Assembly (NCBI GenBank): GCA_964590345.1
Contig: CAZPVP010000003.1
Location: 3,634 to 67,633, forward strand
Direction of reading: 5' to 3'
DNA: 64,000 nt
Origin: an uncultured Gammaproteobacteria bacterium
Lineage (GTDB): Bacteria > Patescibacteriota > Patescibacteriia > CAIXNZ01
Below, in pieces: positions 27,575-37,400 of this stretch; the first letter of the stretch is position 1, and each line of letters begins with the position of its first letter. A model generated the notes under the pieces. The model worked only from the letters and a program-made list of their open reading frames with translations, did no database searches and was not told the DNA's origin. The position numbers and the translations under genes are program-made.

Positions 27575-28615
27575 ATGCCTATGAAAAAAAGATTAAAGCT
27601 TTTTTCAACTGCGGGGATAATTTTATTGGTTGTTTCTTTCGCATTAGTCGCATTAAATTCAGCATTGGCAACAGGTATGAGCAATGTTTCTGTTACGCAG
27701 ACAACTTATGCTGCAAGCACTGCAGTAGCAACTACCACCATTGTTTTTGATCCAGAAACCGAGGTCAATTCCAATGATGGTATTTTAATTACTTTTGAAT
27801 CTGATTATGACATTTCCAGTGTGGTTGATGATGATGTCGCAGTCTCACAGACTAATAGTGGTGTAGATATTACAAAAGGAACAGCAGCTGTGAGTGGTCA
27901 GGATTTGCAAATTCCGATTACTACAGAAGGTGATACTCCCGCGGGACAAATTACTGTGACTATTTCAAATAGTCATATTACTAACCCGACTTCCAGTGGC
28001 ACTTATACTGTCACTATCAAAACTTATGATTTAGGTGATGACAATGCTTTTGGCGGTGCTGATGCTAATGCTGATACTTTGGAAGATACTGGTGCAGCAG
28101 CTGTAATTATTGGCACAAATCAAGTGACAATTTCAGGTACAGTTGATCCGAGCTTAAGTTTGTCTTTGTCAGGTACAAGTTGTGCTTTGGGGACATTAAG
28201 TTCTGCAAACATTCAAACTTGCCAGTATGATTCAACAGTTAGTACAAATGCCAGTTCAGGTTATACAGCCTATATTAAAGAAGATGGCAATTTAAGGAAT
28301 GCAAGTAATGATATCGATGATGTGGCTGATAGTACTACTGATGCTGGTTCAGAAGAATACGGCCTAAGTACAAGTGAATCTGATACAGTTGATATAACAG
28401 CGACCAATTCTTCTGCGACTTGTACTACAAATGATGACGGTACAACACCTACAAATGCCCAGGCATTAACTACTAGTGACCAATCATTTGCAACACAATC
28501 TGCGCCTGTGGATTCTGATGTGGTAACTTTATGCCATTCAGCTTCAATTTCCGGCACAACACCGGCTGGCGCTTATTCTCATACAGTGACAGTTACTGTT
28601 GTTGGTAACTTTTAA
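27575..28615 (+). CDS. Secreted Thr/Ser/Asp-rich protein with shared C-terminal domain; candidate major subunit
   Basis: Signal peptide ending ALA; ends TPAGAYSHTVTVTVVGNF; follows a 200-nt AT-rich likely promoter region. Confidence 0.75.
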   Translation: MPMKKRLKLFSTAGIILLVVSFALVALNSALATGMSNVSVTQTTYAASTAVATTTIVFDPETEVNSNDGILITFESDYDISSVVDDDVAVSQTNSGVDITKGTAAVSGQDLQIPITTEGDTPAGQITVTISNSHITNPTSSGTYTVTIKTYDLGDDNAFGGADANADTLEDTGAAAVIIGTNQVTISGTVDPSLSLSLSGTSCALGTLSSANIQTCQYDSTVSTNASSGYTAYIKEDGNLRNASNDIDDVADSTTDAGSEEYGLSTSESDTVDITATNSSATCTTNDDGTTPTNAQALTTSDQSFATQSAPVDSDVVTLCHSASISGTTPAGAYSHTVTVTVVGNF

Positions 28616-28657
28616 TTAAAATAAATATAAATTTAAAAATTAAGAAAGGGGAAAAAT

Positions 28658-29641
28658 ATGAAAACAAAAAAAATATTTGTACTCTTTACAGCTTTACTGC
28701 TAGGCGCATTATTATTGCCTTTAGCTGGTAATGCTGTAACAGTATCGCCTCCAATTATTGAATTAGACGCAGCAAAAGGCGATGTGATTAATCAGTCCTT
28801 AAAAGTGAGGAATGAATCCAATACTTCTGTCACTTATTACCTTACTGCCGAGAGATTTGTGGCTGGTGGCGAAGCTGGAGCGCCTGAATTTGTTGGAGAA
28901 GATATTGGTTTGTCAACCTGGATAAAGTTTCCTTATGAGAATATAAGCATCCCGGCCGGTGAGACAATAGAAGTCCCTTTTAGCATTGTAGTGCCGAATT
29001 ATGCTGCTCCAGGTGGTCATTATGCAGCAATATTTTTAAGCACAACGCCACCAGAAGCTCAAACCGGTGGTTCACAGGTGGCAATTGCCAGCAGAATCGG
29101 AACTTTAGTTTTAGTAAGAATTCAAGGGGAAATAAAGGAAAGCGCTAATTTGGCTGAGTTTAATACAGCGGCTGATAATTACGCTTCATTGCCAGTTGAT
29201 TTTAATGTCAGAGTTGAAAATACAGGCAATGTTCATTTAAAGCCAAGAGGTACGGTTTTAATCAAAAATATGTTTGGTTCAGTAGCAGGTTCTGTAGCAG
29301 TTAATGAAATAGGCGGCAATGTTTTGCCGGAACAAATTAGAAAATTTGAAGCCTCTTGGGTTAAAAATCCAAATGAAGTCGGTGCAACTTCATTTTGGGG
29401 GAAATACAGACAGCAGAAAGAAAATTATGCTTTTGGTCGCTATAAAGCTGAATTAACTTTAAATTATGGCACAGCAGGTAAAATTTTGACAGCAACTACT
29501 AGTTTTTGGGTAATTCCTTGGCATATTATATTTGTAAATTTAGTAATACTTGTAATTATTGTTATTATCCTATATTACTTGATTAAGCGATATAATGCTT
29601 GGTTGATTGAAAAATATGCAAAAGGCAAGAAAAAGAAATAA
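28658..29641 (+). CDS. DUF916/DUF3324-like (WxL-interacting, PapD-like) membrane-anchored protein
   Basis: VTVSPPIIEL..VRN, WI...IPAGETIEVPFSIVVP..AAPGGHYAAI, VENTGNVH, GRYKA, C-terminal TM. Confidence 0.78.
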   Translation: MKTKKIFVLFTALLLGALLLPLAGNAVTVSPPIIELDAAKGDVINQSLKVRNESNTSVTYYLTAERFVAGGEAGAPEFVGEDIGLSTWIKFPYENISIPAGETIEVPFSIVVPNYAAPGGHYAAIFLSTTPPEAQTGGSQVAIASRIGTLVLVRIQGEIKESANLAEFNTAADNYASLPVDFNVRVENTGNVHLKPRGTVLIKNMFGSVAGSVAVNEIGGNVLPEQIRKFEASWVKNPNEVGATSFWGKYRQQKENYAFGRYKAELTLNYGTAGKILTATTSFWVIPWHIIFVNLVILVIIVIILYYLIKRYNAWLIEKYAKGKKKK

Positions 29642-29690
29642 TAAGGCAATAAACTTATTTAATGTTTTAATTTAAACACAGGACTTTTAA

Positions 29691-29724
29691 AAAAGGGGCT
29701 TTTTACTTGATAAAAAGCCCCTTT
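29691..29724 (+). terminator. Intrinsic terminator-like hairpin
   Basis: AAAGGGGCTTTTTA-cttga-TAAAAAGCCCCTTT. Confidence 0.6.
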
Positions 29725-29736
29725 GGCGTATTAAAG

Positions 29737-30138
29737 ATGACAAAGTCAATAATTAAAGGGAAAGAAAGATTATTAATAGTAATAATTTTAATTATTGCTC
29801 TTAATTTTATTTTATTATCTATTGGTTATGGTCAAACAAACGTCAATATACGGGCTTATGTTCCTGAGACAGAAGAAAATAAGAGATTTTCCAATAATCA
29901 AATTAAACAAGAAAAACCGACTACTAAGGAAAATAAATACCAGTATTTTTTTGAAAAATTTTGGCTGACCCAAACTGATAAAGAAACTAATGCAATAGAG
30001 CAAGAAGAAGTGCAGACAATCCACGACAAGATAGTTAGCCATTTTTTTATGTGGTTAATTTTGTTTGTTATTGCCATAATCAGCTTTTTTGTCTTGCGAA
30101 TAATTGATCATTATATAATAAGCATTTTTCGGTCATGA
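29737..30138 (+). CDS. Small protein: signal/TM, one beta strand (TNVNIRAYVPE), polar linker, C-terminal TM
   Basis: Hydrophobic N- and C-terminal segments; start moved to ATG 29737, past the hairpin. Confidence 0.65.
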   Translation: MTKSIIKGKERLLIVIILIIALNFILLSIGYGQTNVNIRAYVPETEENKRFSNNQIKQEKPTTKENKYQYFFEKFWLTQTDKETNAIEQEEVQTIHDKIVSHFFMWLILFVIAIISFFVLRIIDHYIISIFRS

Positions 30139-31169
30139 AAAAAGCGTTATCATATTTAATTATTATTTTATTGCTGGCAATTTTAGTTTATTTTTTGATT
30201 CATACTGTCAGAGCCGGCTTGGTAAGTAATTTTAGTGATGAATTAAGCAGTCAGGTTATTGCTTCAGCAGCTAATCACACAATTTTATTTACAACAGCTT
30301 CTAATTTTGGGCCAGATGAAACGATAGAATTGTTCTTTGAATCAGATTTTGATTTGAGCTTAATTGATTATACTGATATTGATTTTAAAGATGATGATGT
30401 TGATTTAAATTTAGGTGACAGCCCAGGAACTGGTAGTGGCAGTAATATTGGAGTTAGTGTTAGTGGACAGACAATAATTTTTACTCAGAATGATGCTGAT
30501 ACTGTTTTGGCTGGTTCAGAGATTACGATTGCTATTGGCTTAAATACTGATTATCAAACTCAAGGCGATCAGCAAATTTATAATCCAAGTATTGCTGATA
30601 CTTATAAAATAAGTTTGTCAGGCTCTTTTGGGGACATGGGCACAATTTCAGTGGTTATTTTGGAAAGCGATTCAGTTTCTTTACAGGCAGAAGTTAATCC
30701 AGAATTAAGCTTTGCCATTAGAAATAGCGATGATACTGATTATGCTAATAATTGTAACTTGGGTACAATTACTGATTTTGCTGTTAGCCATTGTTCATAT
30801 CGTTTAGCGGCTGAAACCAATGCTTATAATGGTTTTCAGGTTTATATTCAGGCTGATGGCAATTTCCGTAATCAATCTGGTTTTATATCTAATATTAGCG
30901 AAAACAGCCAGGTAGAGCAAGGGGAAGAAGGTTATGGTCTTGCTGTTGCTGCTGGTGATAATATTATTGAAGAAGGGGATTTTAATGATGATGATACGCC
31001 GATTCCAACAGAAGATACACTTTTAATTAAGTCAAATTCAGTGTATAATTATATAGAAGGGGATTTGTCCACTTCTTCATTAATAACCCACAAAGCTTGT
31101 GTTTCATCAACAACAAAAGCAGGGGTTTATAGTCAGCAAATAACTTATTCAATTTTGGCTAATTATTAA
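30135..31169 (+). CDS. Secreted two-domain protein with shared C-terminal domain
   Basis: N-domain resembles that of 23121 (SD.LS....A.H.I.FTT.S, FDLS.I.YTDID); ends KAGVYSQQITYSILANY. Confidence 0.72.
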   Translation: MKKALSYLIIILLLAILVYFLIHTVRAGLVSNFSDELSSQVIASAANHTILFTTASNFGPDETIELFFESDFDLSLIDYTDIDFKDDDVDLNLGDSPGTGSGSNIGVSVSGQTIIFTQNDADTVLAGSEITIAIGLNTDYQTQGDQQIYNPSIADTYKISLSGSFGDMGTISVVILESDSVSLQAEVNPELSFAIRNSDDTDYANNCNLGTITDFAVSHCSYRLAAETNAYNGFQVYIQADGNFRNQSGFISNISENSQVEQGEEGYGLAVAAGDNIIEEGDFNDDDTPIPTEDTLLIKSNSVYNYIEGDLSTSSLITHKACVSSTTKAGVYSQQITYSILANY

Positions 31170-31196
31170 TAATAATTAATAAATATAGAAAATTTT

Positions 31197-32285
31197 ATGA
31201 AAAAACAAAAAATAATATTTGTTTTTACATCAATAATAGTGTTAACTTTGATGTTGGCAATATTATTGAATCCCAGCATTTCTAAAGCTGGAAACTGGCT
31301 TTTTGATCCTGAACCGGCTCCTGCCAGTTCAAGTATTACTTTGTGTATTGGCGCTAAAGCCCCTAATGACGGTTGGAGCGCTGATGATTATCTTGATATG
31401 GTTTTTCCTTCAGAATTTGATTTAACAGGCCTTACGATTAGTGATACCAGCGGCAGTTCAGAAATAGAACTTTATTCAAATGCAAATGACTGTACTGGGA
31501 CAGCCAGAATTGCTGAAGCGACAGCTACAGCTGATAATGATCGTGACTATATGGAAATTTCAGGCCAACAGCATAGAATTATTTTGGAAGATGCAATAGC
31601 AGCAGATACGCCTTTTAGCGTAAAATATGTAGCTAAATCCGGCGATTCAATTGTTACGCCAAGCGCTGGTAAATATTTGCTTAAAGCTGATTGGGGGCCA
31701 AGTAGCACTTTTATTCCTGTTAAAAATGATGCTGATTTTATTTATGTAGGCGATTCAATGCCTGATCAGGTAGAGATATCAGCCAGCGTGGATCCCAGCT
31801 TAACTTTAAGCGTATCTTCAAGTTCATGTAATTTGGGAACATTTTCTGCAACTAATATCCAGACGTGCAATTATTATACTGAAGTAAGCACTAATGCCAG
31901 TTCAGGCTATACAGCTTATATAAAAGACGACGGGGATTTGTCAAGCGGAAGTGATACTATAGCTGATGTGACTGGCGGATCAGTTTCTTACGGCACGGCT
32001 GCTTATGGTATTTCTACGACAGAAGATGAAAGCGTTGATATTTTACAGATCCAGGATGCTGATTCTGATCTAGATTATGACGGAGATGATTGTAGCACTT
32101 TAGATGATGGTACTACATCAGCAAATGCTTCGGCTGTAACAACCAGTGATCAGTCATTTGCCACTTCAACTGGAGCTATTAGTGCTGATAGTATTTATTT
32201 GTGCCATGCCGCAGCTATATCAGGCTCAACACCTGCCGGCGCTTATTCAAACACAATAACCATTACGGCAGTCGGTAATTTTTAA
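31197..32285 (+). CDS. Secreted two-domain protein with shared C-terminal domain
   Basis: Signal peptide; ends TPAGAYSNTITITAVGNF. Confidence 0.75.
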   Translation: MKKQKIIFVFTSIIVLTLMLAILLNPSISKAGNWLFDPEPAPASSSITLCIGAKAPNDGWSADDYLDMVFPSEFDLTGLTISDTSGSSEIELYSNANDCTGTARIAEATATADNDRDYMEISGQQHRIILEDAIAADTPFSVKYVAKSGDSIVTPSAGKYLLKADWGPSSTFIPVKNDADFIYVGDSMPDQVEISASVDPSLTLSVSSSSCNLGTFSATNIQTCNYYTEVSTNASSGYTAYIKDDGDLSSGSDTIADVTGGSVSYGTAAYGISTTEDESVDILQIQDADSDLDYDGDDCSTLDDGTTSANASAVTTSDQSFATSTGAISADSIYLCHAAAISGSTPAGAYSNTITITAVGNF

Positions 32286-32401
32286 TTAAGTTATATAATA
32301 TAGAGAAAGAGATATAAACTGTAAATACGAAAAAAAAATAATTTTTGGTAATATTTTTTGTATTTGTTTTTAATTGATTGGTAATTTTAATATTCAATTT
32401 A

Positions 32402-34423
32402 ATGAAGATATATTCTTTTAAAAAATTTTTTTATAAAAAAATAATTTTTAGTATTGTTGTCCTTTTTTTTATTTTTGCTTTTGCTGGTACAGTTTATGCT
32501 TTTTGGGGGCATATGGATACAAAAGATACTGGCTATGAGATTTTACACAATAATAGTGTTGATGAGCTGAAAATTAAGGTTGAAATTTATGATGACAAGC
32601 CCAAGTTGGTTTGGCAGACTGATCTGGGAGCGCAGTATTGGGGCGATATTTATTATACTCAATGGTCAGGTACTGAGTGGACAAAGGCTGACGGCACGTC
32701 CGGCTATGATAATTTGACGGTTTCATCCGGAGGAAATCATGACGAGCCATATATTGAGCTTGATTCAGCTGGTAATCCGAAAATTATATTTAGAGATAAA
32801 AACTTGGGGAAAATTATTTATACACAATGGTCGCCAAATGCTTGCGGCGGAAGCGGCTGCTGGACAAAGGCGGACGGCACAACTTCATCGCCAAGCTATG
32901 ATACTATTGGCGTTTCTGATGCTGTTTTGGATTTTGCTCTGGATAGCAATGATAACCCCCATATTATTTGGCGTTATAATGACGGAGGAGGAATGGATGT
33001 CTATTATACCAAATGGAATGGTTCCAACTGGACTTATGCTGACGGCACAACTCTTGGTGAAGAAAAGATTGATTTGAATGGCGGAGCGATTATTTGCCAT
33101 ATTGAAATTTATAATGACAAGCCGATAATTATTACTGATGACAGTATTACTGGCAATTCTGAAATTCAATATATACAATGGTCAGGTTCAGCTTGGACAA
33201 ATGCTGATGGGATAACGGTTGGTTGGGAGAATATATCTAATACTGCCACTAATTCAGCCAGATCAAGATTTAAAATTGACAGCTTGGGCAATATAAAAGT
33301 GGTTTGGACAGAGGAAACCGCTAGTGATAATGAAATTTATTACACGCAATGGACAGTGAGTCATAATGACTGGACCAAAGCAGACGGGATAACCTCAGGC
33401 TGGGAAAATGTTTCTGATAATTCCGGTGATTCAAGTATTTACGGTATAAATACAATTATGCTTGATAATAATGATAATCCGGGATTGGTTTGGTTGGATG
33501 ACACAAGCGGCAATAGCAATCTCTATTATTCGCAATACGTTTCAGGTACAGGCTGGACAAAAGCGGATGGTTCAACATTAGGCTGTGATAATGTTTCAGA
33601 TAGTTCGGGGGATAAGAAACTTGTTAGGATGGCTTTTGATTCTACTAATAATCCTAATATTGTTTGGGGTGATGATTTTAGCGGTAATTATGAGGTATAT
33701 TTTAGTCAATATGTAGATTCGGTCGGCTGGACAGAAGCTGACAAAACAACAGTAGGTAAGGAAAATATATCAAATACTTCAGGTACATCTTCGGTTCAGA
33801 GTATATTATTAAATTCAATTAATGAGCCCCATGTCTTTTGGTATGATGATACGGATGGCGATGATGATGTTTATTTTTCACGCTGGACAGAAACCAATAT
33901 TGGACAGGTAAATATAACCGCTGATGTTGAGCCTTCATTGAGTTTGACTTTACCAGGTGGTCAGACAGCTAATTTAGGATATTTTTCCTCCCAAAGTTTG
34001 CAAACGGCTGTTTATCAAAGTGTTATTAGCACAAACGGTTCTTTGGGCTATACTGCTTATATTAAAGATGACGGCGATTTGAGAAATGAAACCAATTCCG
34101 TTAGCGATACCAGCGGTACAATCAGTTATGGCGATGAATCTTATGGTGTTGTGACAACAGAAGGAGATACAGTTGATATAACTAAAATTATTGATACAAA
34201 TAACGATGAACAATATAATTCAACAGACTGCACTTTATTGGATGGTGAGGCGACCTCACTTAGCGCAACAGCGCTGACCAGTGGTTTGCAGTCATTTGCC
34301 AAATCAAATGGTCCTGTCAGCGATGACAATGTCTATTTATGTTTTATAGTGGCAATCTCTGGCTCAACCCCTGCCGGTGCTTATTCAAGCACTGCAACAA
34401 TTACTGTGGTTGGTAATTTTTAA
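32402..34423 (+). CDS. Second beta-propeller-like repeat protein with shared C-terminal domain (paralog of 21082)
   Basis: Repeats YYTQWxGxxWTKADG; ends TPAGAYSSTATITVVGNF; ATG 32402. Confidence 0.75.
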   Translation: MKIYSFKKFFYKKIIFSIVVLFFIFAFAGTVYAFWGHMDTKDTGYEILHNNSVDELKIKVEIYDDKPKLVWQTDLGAQYWGDIYYTQWSGTEWTKADGTSGYDNLTVSSGGNHDEPYIELDSAGNPKIIFRDKNLGKIIYTQWSPNACGGSGCWTKADGTTSSPSYDTIGVSDAVLDFALDSNDNPHIIWRYNDGGGMDVYYTKWNGSNWTYADGTTLGEEKIDLNGGAIICHIEIYNDKPIIITDDSITGNSEIQYIQWSGSAWTNADGITVGWENISNTATNSARSRFKIDSLGNIKVVWTEETASDNEIYYTQWTVSHNDWTKADGITSGWENVSDNSGDSSIYGINTIMLDNNDNPGLVWLDDTSGNSNLYYSQYVSGTGWTKADGSTLGCDNVSDSSGDKKLVRMAFDSTNNPNIVWGDDFSGNYEVYFSQYVDSVGWTEADKTTVGKENISNTSGTSSVQSILLNSINEPHVFWYDDTDGDDDVYFSRWTETNIGQVNITADVEPSLSLTLPGGQTANLGYFSSQSLQTAVYQSVISTNGSLGYTAYIKDDGDLRNETNSVSDTSGTISYGDESYGVVTTEGDTVDITKIIDTNNDEQYNSTDCTLLDGEATSLSATALTSGLQSFAKSNGPVSDDNVYLCFIVAISGSTPAGAYSSTATITVVGNF

Positions 34424-34429
34424 TAAGTT

Positions 34430-37400
34430 ATGTTTTTTAAATTTAAAAAATTAAAAAAATTAATAAAGTTTTATTATTCAAAGCTTGGCAAGCCGCTGAA
34501 GATTTTTTTAGTGGCTTTAGTAATTGGTATTCAATTGGCTTTATTGATTAGTTATTGCTATTCAATTTATAAAAACAAGATATTTGCCGGTGAGGGGATT
34601 AGGGATACTTTAACTTACCAAGGTAAAATTACTAATGCTGATGGCGTGCCGCCGCCTGATGGTCAGTATAATATGCGTTTTAAAATTTATGACCAGGCCA
34701 CTAACGGTACATTGTTGTGGACAGAAATTTGGGATAGCACAAATCAGGGAGTAGCTGGTAGCAAAGTAACTGTGACCGAAGGCGTTTTTAATGTTGAATT
34801 AAATTCCTTATGCGGCAATTGGGTAGGTGACTGCGCTTCAAATGGCGGCGTTACTTTTGCCCAAGACAGCTTTTATTTACAAGTTGAATTGGATTATGAC
34901 GGCAATGGCACTTATGAGGAAATTTTTACTCCCAGAAAAAGATTTACTGCCACGCCTTATTCAATGAATACTGATAAGCTTGATGGTTATGATTCAGGTG
35001 ATTTTGTTTTAAAATCAGGCAGTGAAATGACTGGTTCGCTGACTGCGCCTCAATTTATTGACAGTTCGCTTTTGGCTTATTATCAGTTTAATGGTGATGC
35101 TGATGATAGCAGTGCTAATACTTTAGACGGGATATTACAAAATAGCGCTGATGTGAGCAATGATGTTTTAGAACTGGACGGTGTAGACCAGTATGTTTCC
35201 GTTAGTGACGATGATTTGTTAAGTTTTGGCAATGGCACGGTTGATTCGGCTTTTACTGTTTCGGGCTGGATTAAGATGACTGACGCGACTAATTTTAATA
35301 TTATTTCCAAAGGTATATATAATACTGATGGCGAATATTTATTTTATATTGATAATACTGATAAAATTAGGATCCGTCTTAATGATGAAAGCGTGACGGA
35401 TTGCTACATCGGCCGTTTGTATGACACGGCTTTAACTGATTATGAAGGCAGCTGGATTAATTTGGCGGCAACTTATGACGGCAGTGGCGCGTCTTCAGGC
35501 TTGAAAATCTATTTAAACGGTAACCAAGTTGATAATGCTAATAATGAAAGCAATTATAGTTCTTATGTGGCTATGGAAAATTTGACTAGTAATTTATATA
35601 TAGGCAAATATGCCAGCACTTACAGTAAAGGCAAAATTGATGATTTAAAATTATATAATCGTGAATTAAGCGCCGATGAAATTAAAAGGCTGTTTGAAAG
35701 TGAAGCAAGGAGTCAGCTACACTCTAATAAAATTACAACTAAAGATGTTTATTTTGAAAAAAACGAAGAAGGTGAAACAGAAGGCGGTTATTTAACTTGG
35801 GATAATATTAATAATCGCTTCAAATTTAGCTCCGAGTTATATTCGCCAAATAGCCTGCCTTATTTTAATAACAGTATTGGCGATCGTGATTATGCTTATT
35901 TGGCTGATGATAATAAAGTTTTAGCTTATGATTTTCATGAGTCAGTTGGCGCAACCGTGTCAGATTTGGAAGGTAATTCTAACGGCACATTAAACGGTGA
36001 TGCTGACTGGACGAATCTTGGCTATATAGGCTATGGCTTAAAATTTGATGATGATTCTGATTATATTTCTTTTGCCGATCCCGGCTTATCTTCAACTCAA
36101 GGAACAGTAGAAATGTGGGTTAAATTAAATGATGTAACAACCTCTGATACAAATTATTTATTAAGAATGTGGTCAGGAGCTTCCAATGAAATTGCTATAT
36201 ATAAGCAAAATGCCGCTGATTTATATGTGGAAGCAGGGGATAGCAGCGCTATTGATACGGGCTGGGATTTCCCTGATACCAGCTGGCATCACATTGTTTT
36301 GAGCTGGGATTCAACAGCTATTGACGTTTATGTTGACAGTGTTGATTTGAGTTTAACCGATACTTATACAAGTCTAGACGTTAGTTTGTTCTCCAATTTT
36401 TATTTGGGTTCTGATTCAGCAGCCAGTACAGCCTTAAATGGCATTATGGACAGCGTGGCGCTTTATGACGATGTTTTGACTGCGACTGAAATAGCCAATC
36501 ATTATAATGCCGCTTTTAACAATCTTTATCTTATTAATAATTTAAACGACGGCAATATCAGCGCAACTTTGGCAGATTTTTACAGCTTTTCAGCTACGGT
36601 TAACGGACGGCGGGAGAAAAAAGATCCTGTTTATTATAATGACGATACCCGGACTTTGGCCCTTGGTTTTTCAGAAGGTTATGGCTCAAGCACCGCCAGT
36701 CAAGTTAATTCATTGAGTGCCGGTATTAATGGTGCCAGCTGGACTAGGCAGGGTTATTATGGTTATGGCCTGGAGTTTGACGGCAGTGATGATTATTTGT
36801 TAGTAGAAGATAATGATTATATTGATATTGACACTGAAGATTTTTCAATTGAGTTTTGGGTTAAAGGCGATGATAACATTAGCCAATCTGGCAACAGAAT
36901 TTTGGAAAAAGTTAGCGGTTCAACCGGATTTAGAGTTTATTATACTACTGATGACAGAATAACTTTTGCTATTGGCGATGGCACTAATTCGGTTGCTGGC
37001 TCGCCAAGCTCAGGTGGAGACATGTCAAAGGGCCAATGGGAGCATATGATTTTGACTTTTGACAGAGATGGTGATGCTACGATTTATAATGATGGCAATG
37101 AAGTTTACTCTGTAGATATTTCAAGCGTTACTGGCAGTTTGAGCAATGACTCTGATTTATATATTGGCAAAGATGCCAGCGGTAATTTATTTAAAGGAAA
37201 ATTAGACAGCATTATTATTTATAAAAATCAATTGTTAAATTCTTTTGACGGTTACAGTCGATCAACTAATAGTCAGGAATTTTTTATTAATAATACGAGA
37301 ACAGCCTCAACTGGCCAAGCTGCACTTGGAGGTATAAATCAAAGTTCTGGGGGCTGGGGCGGTGTTTTTTATATTGCTAATACTGATAATACAAGCGGTT

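Noticed and set aside
21082-34423. Diversity-generating retroelement target/template repeats among the paralogous 3' ends
   Set aside because: Similarity is protein-level paralogy with synonymous changes, not adenine-specific, and no reverse transcriptase is in the window.
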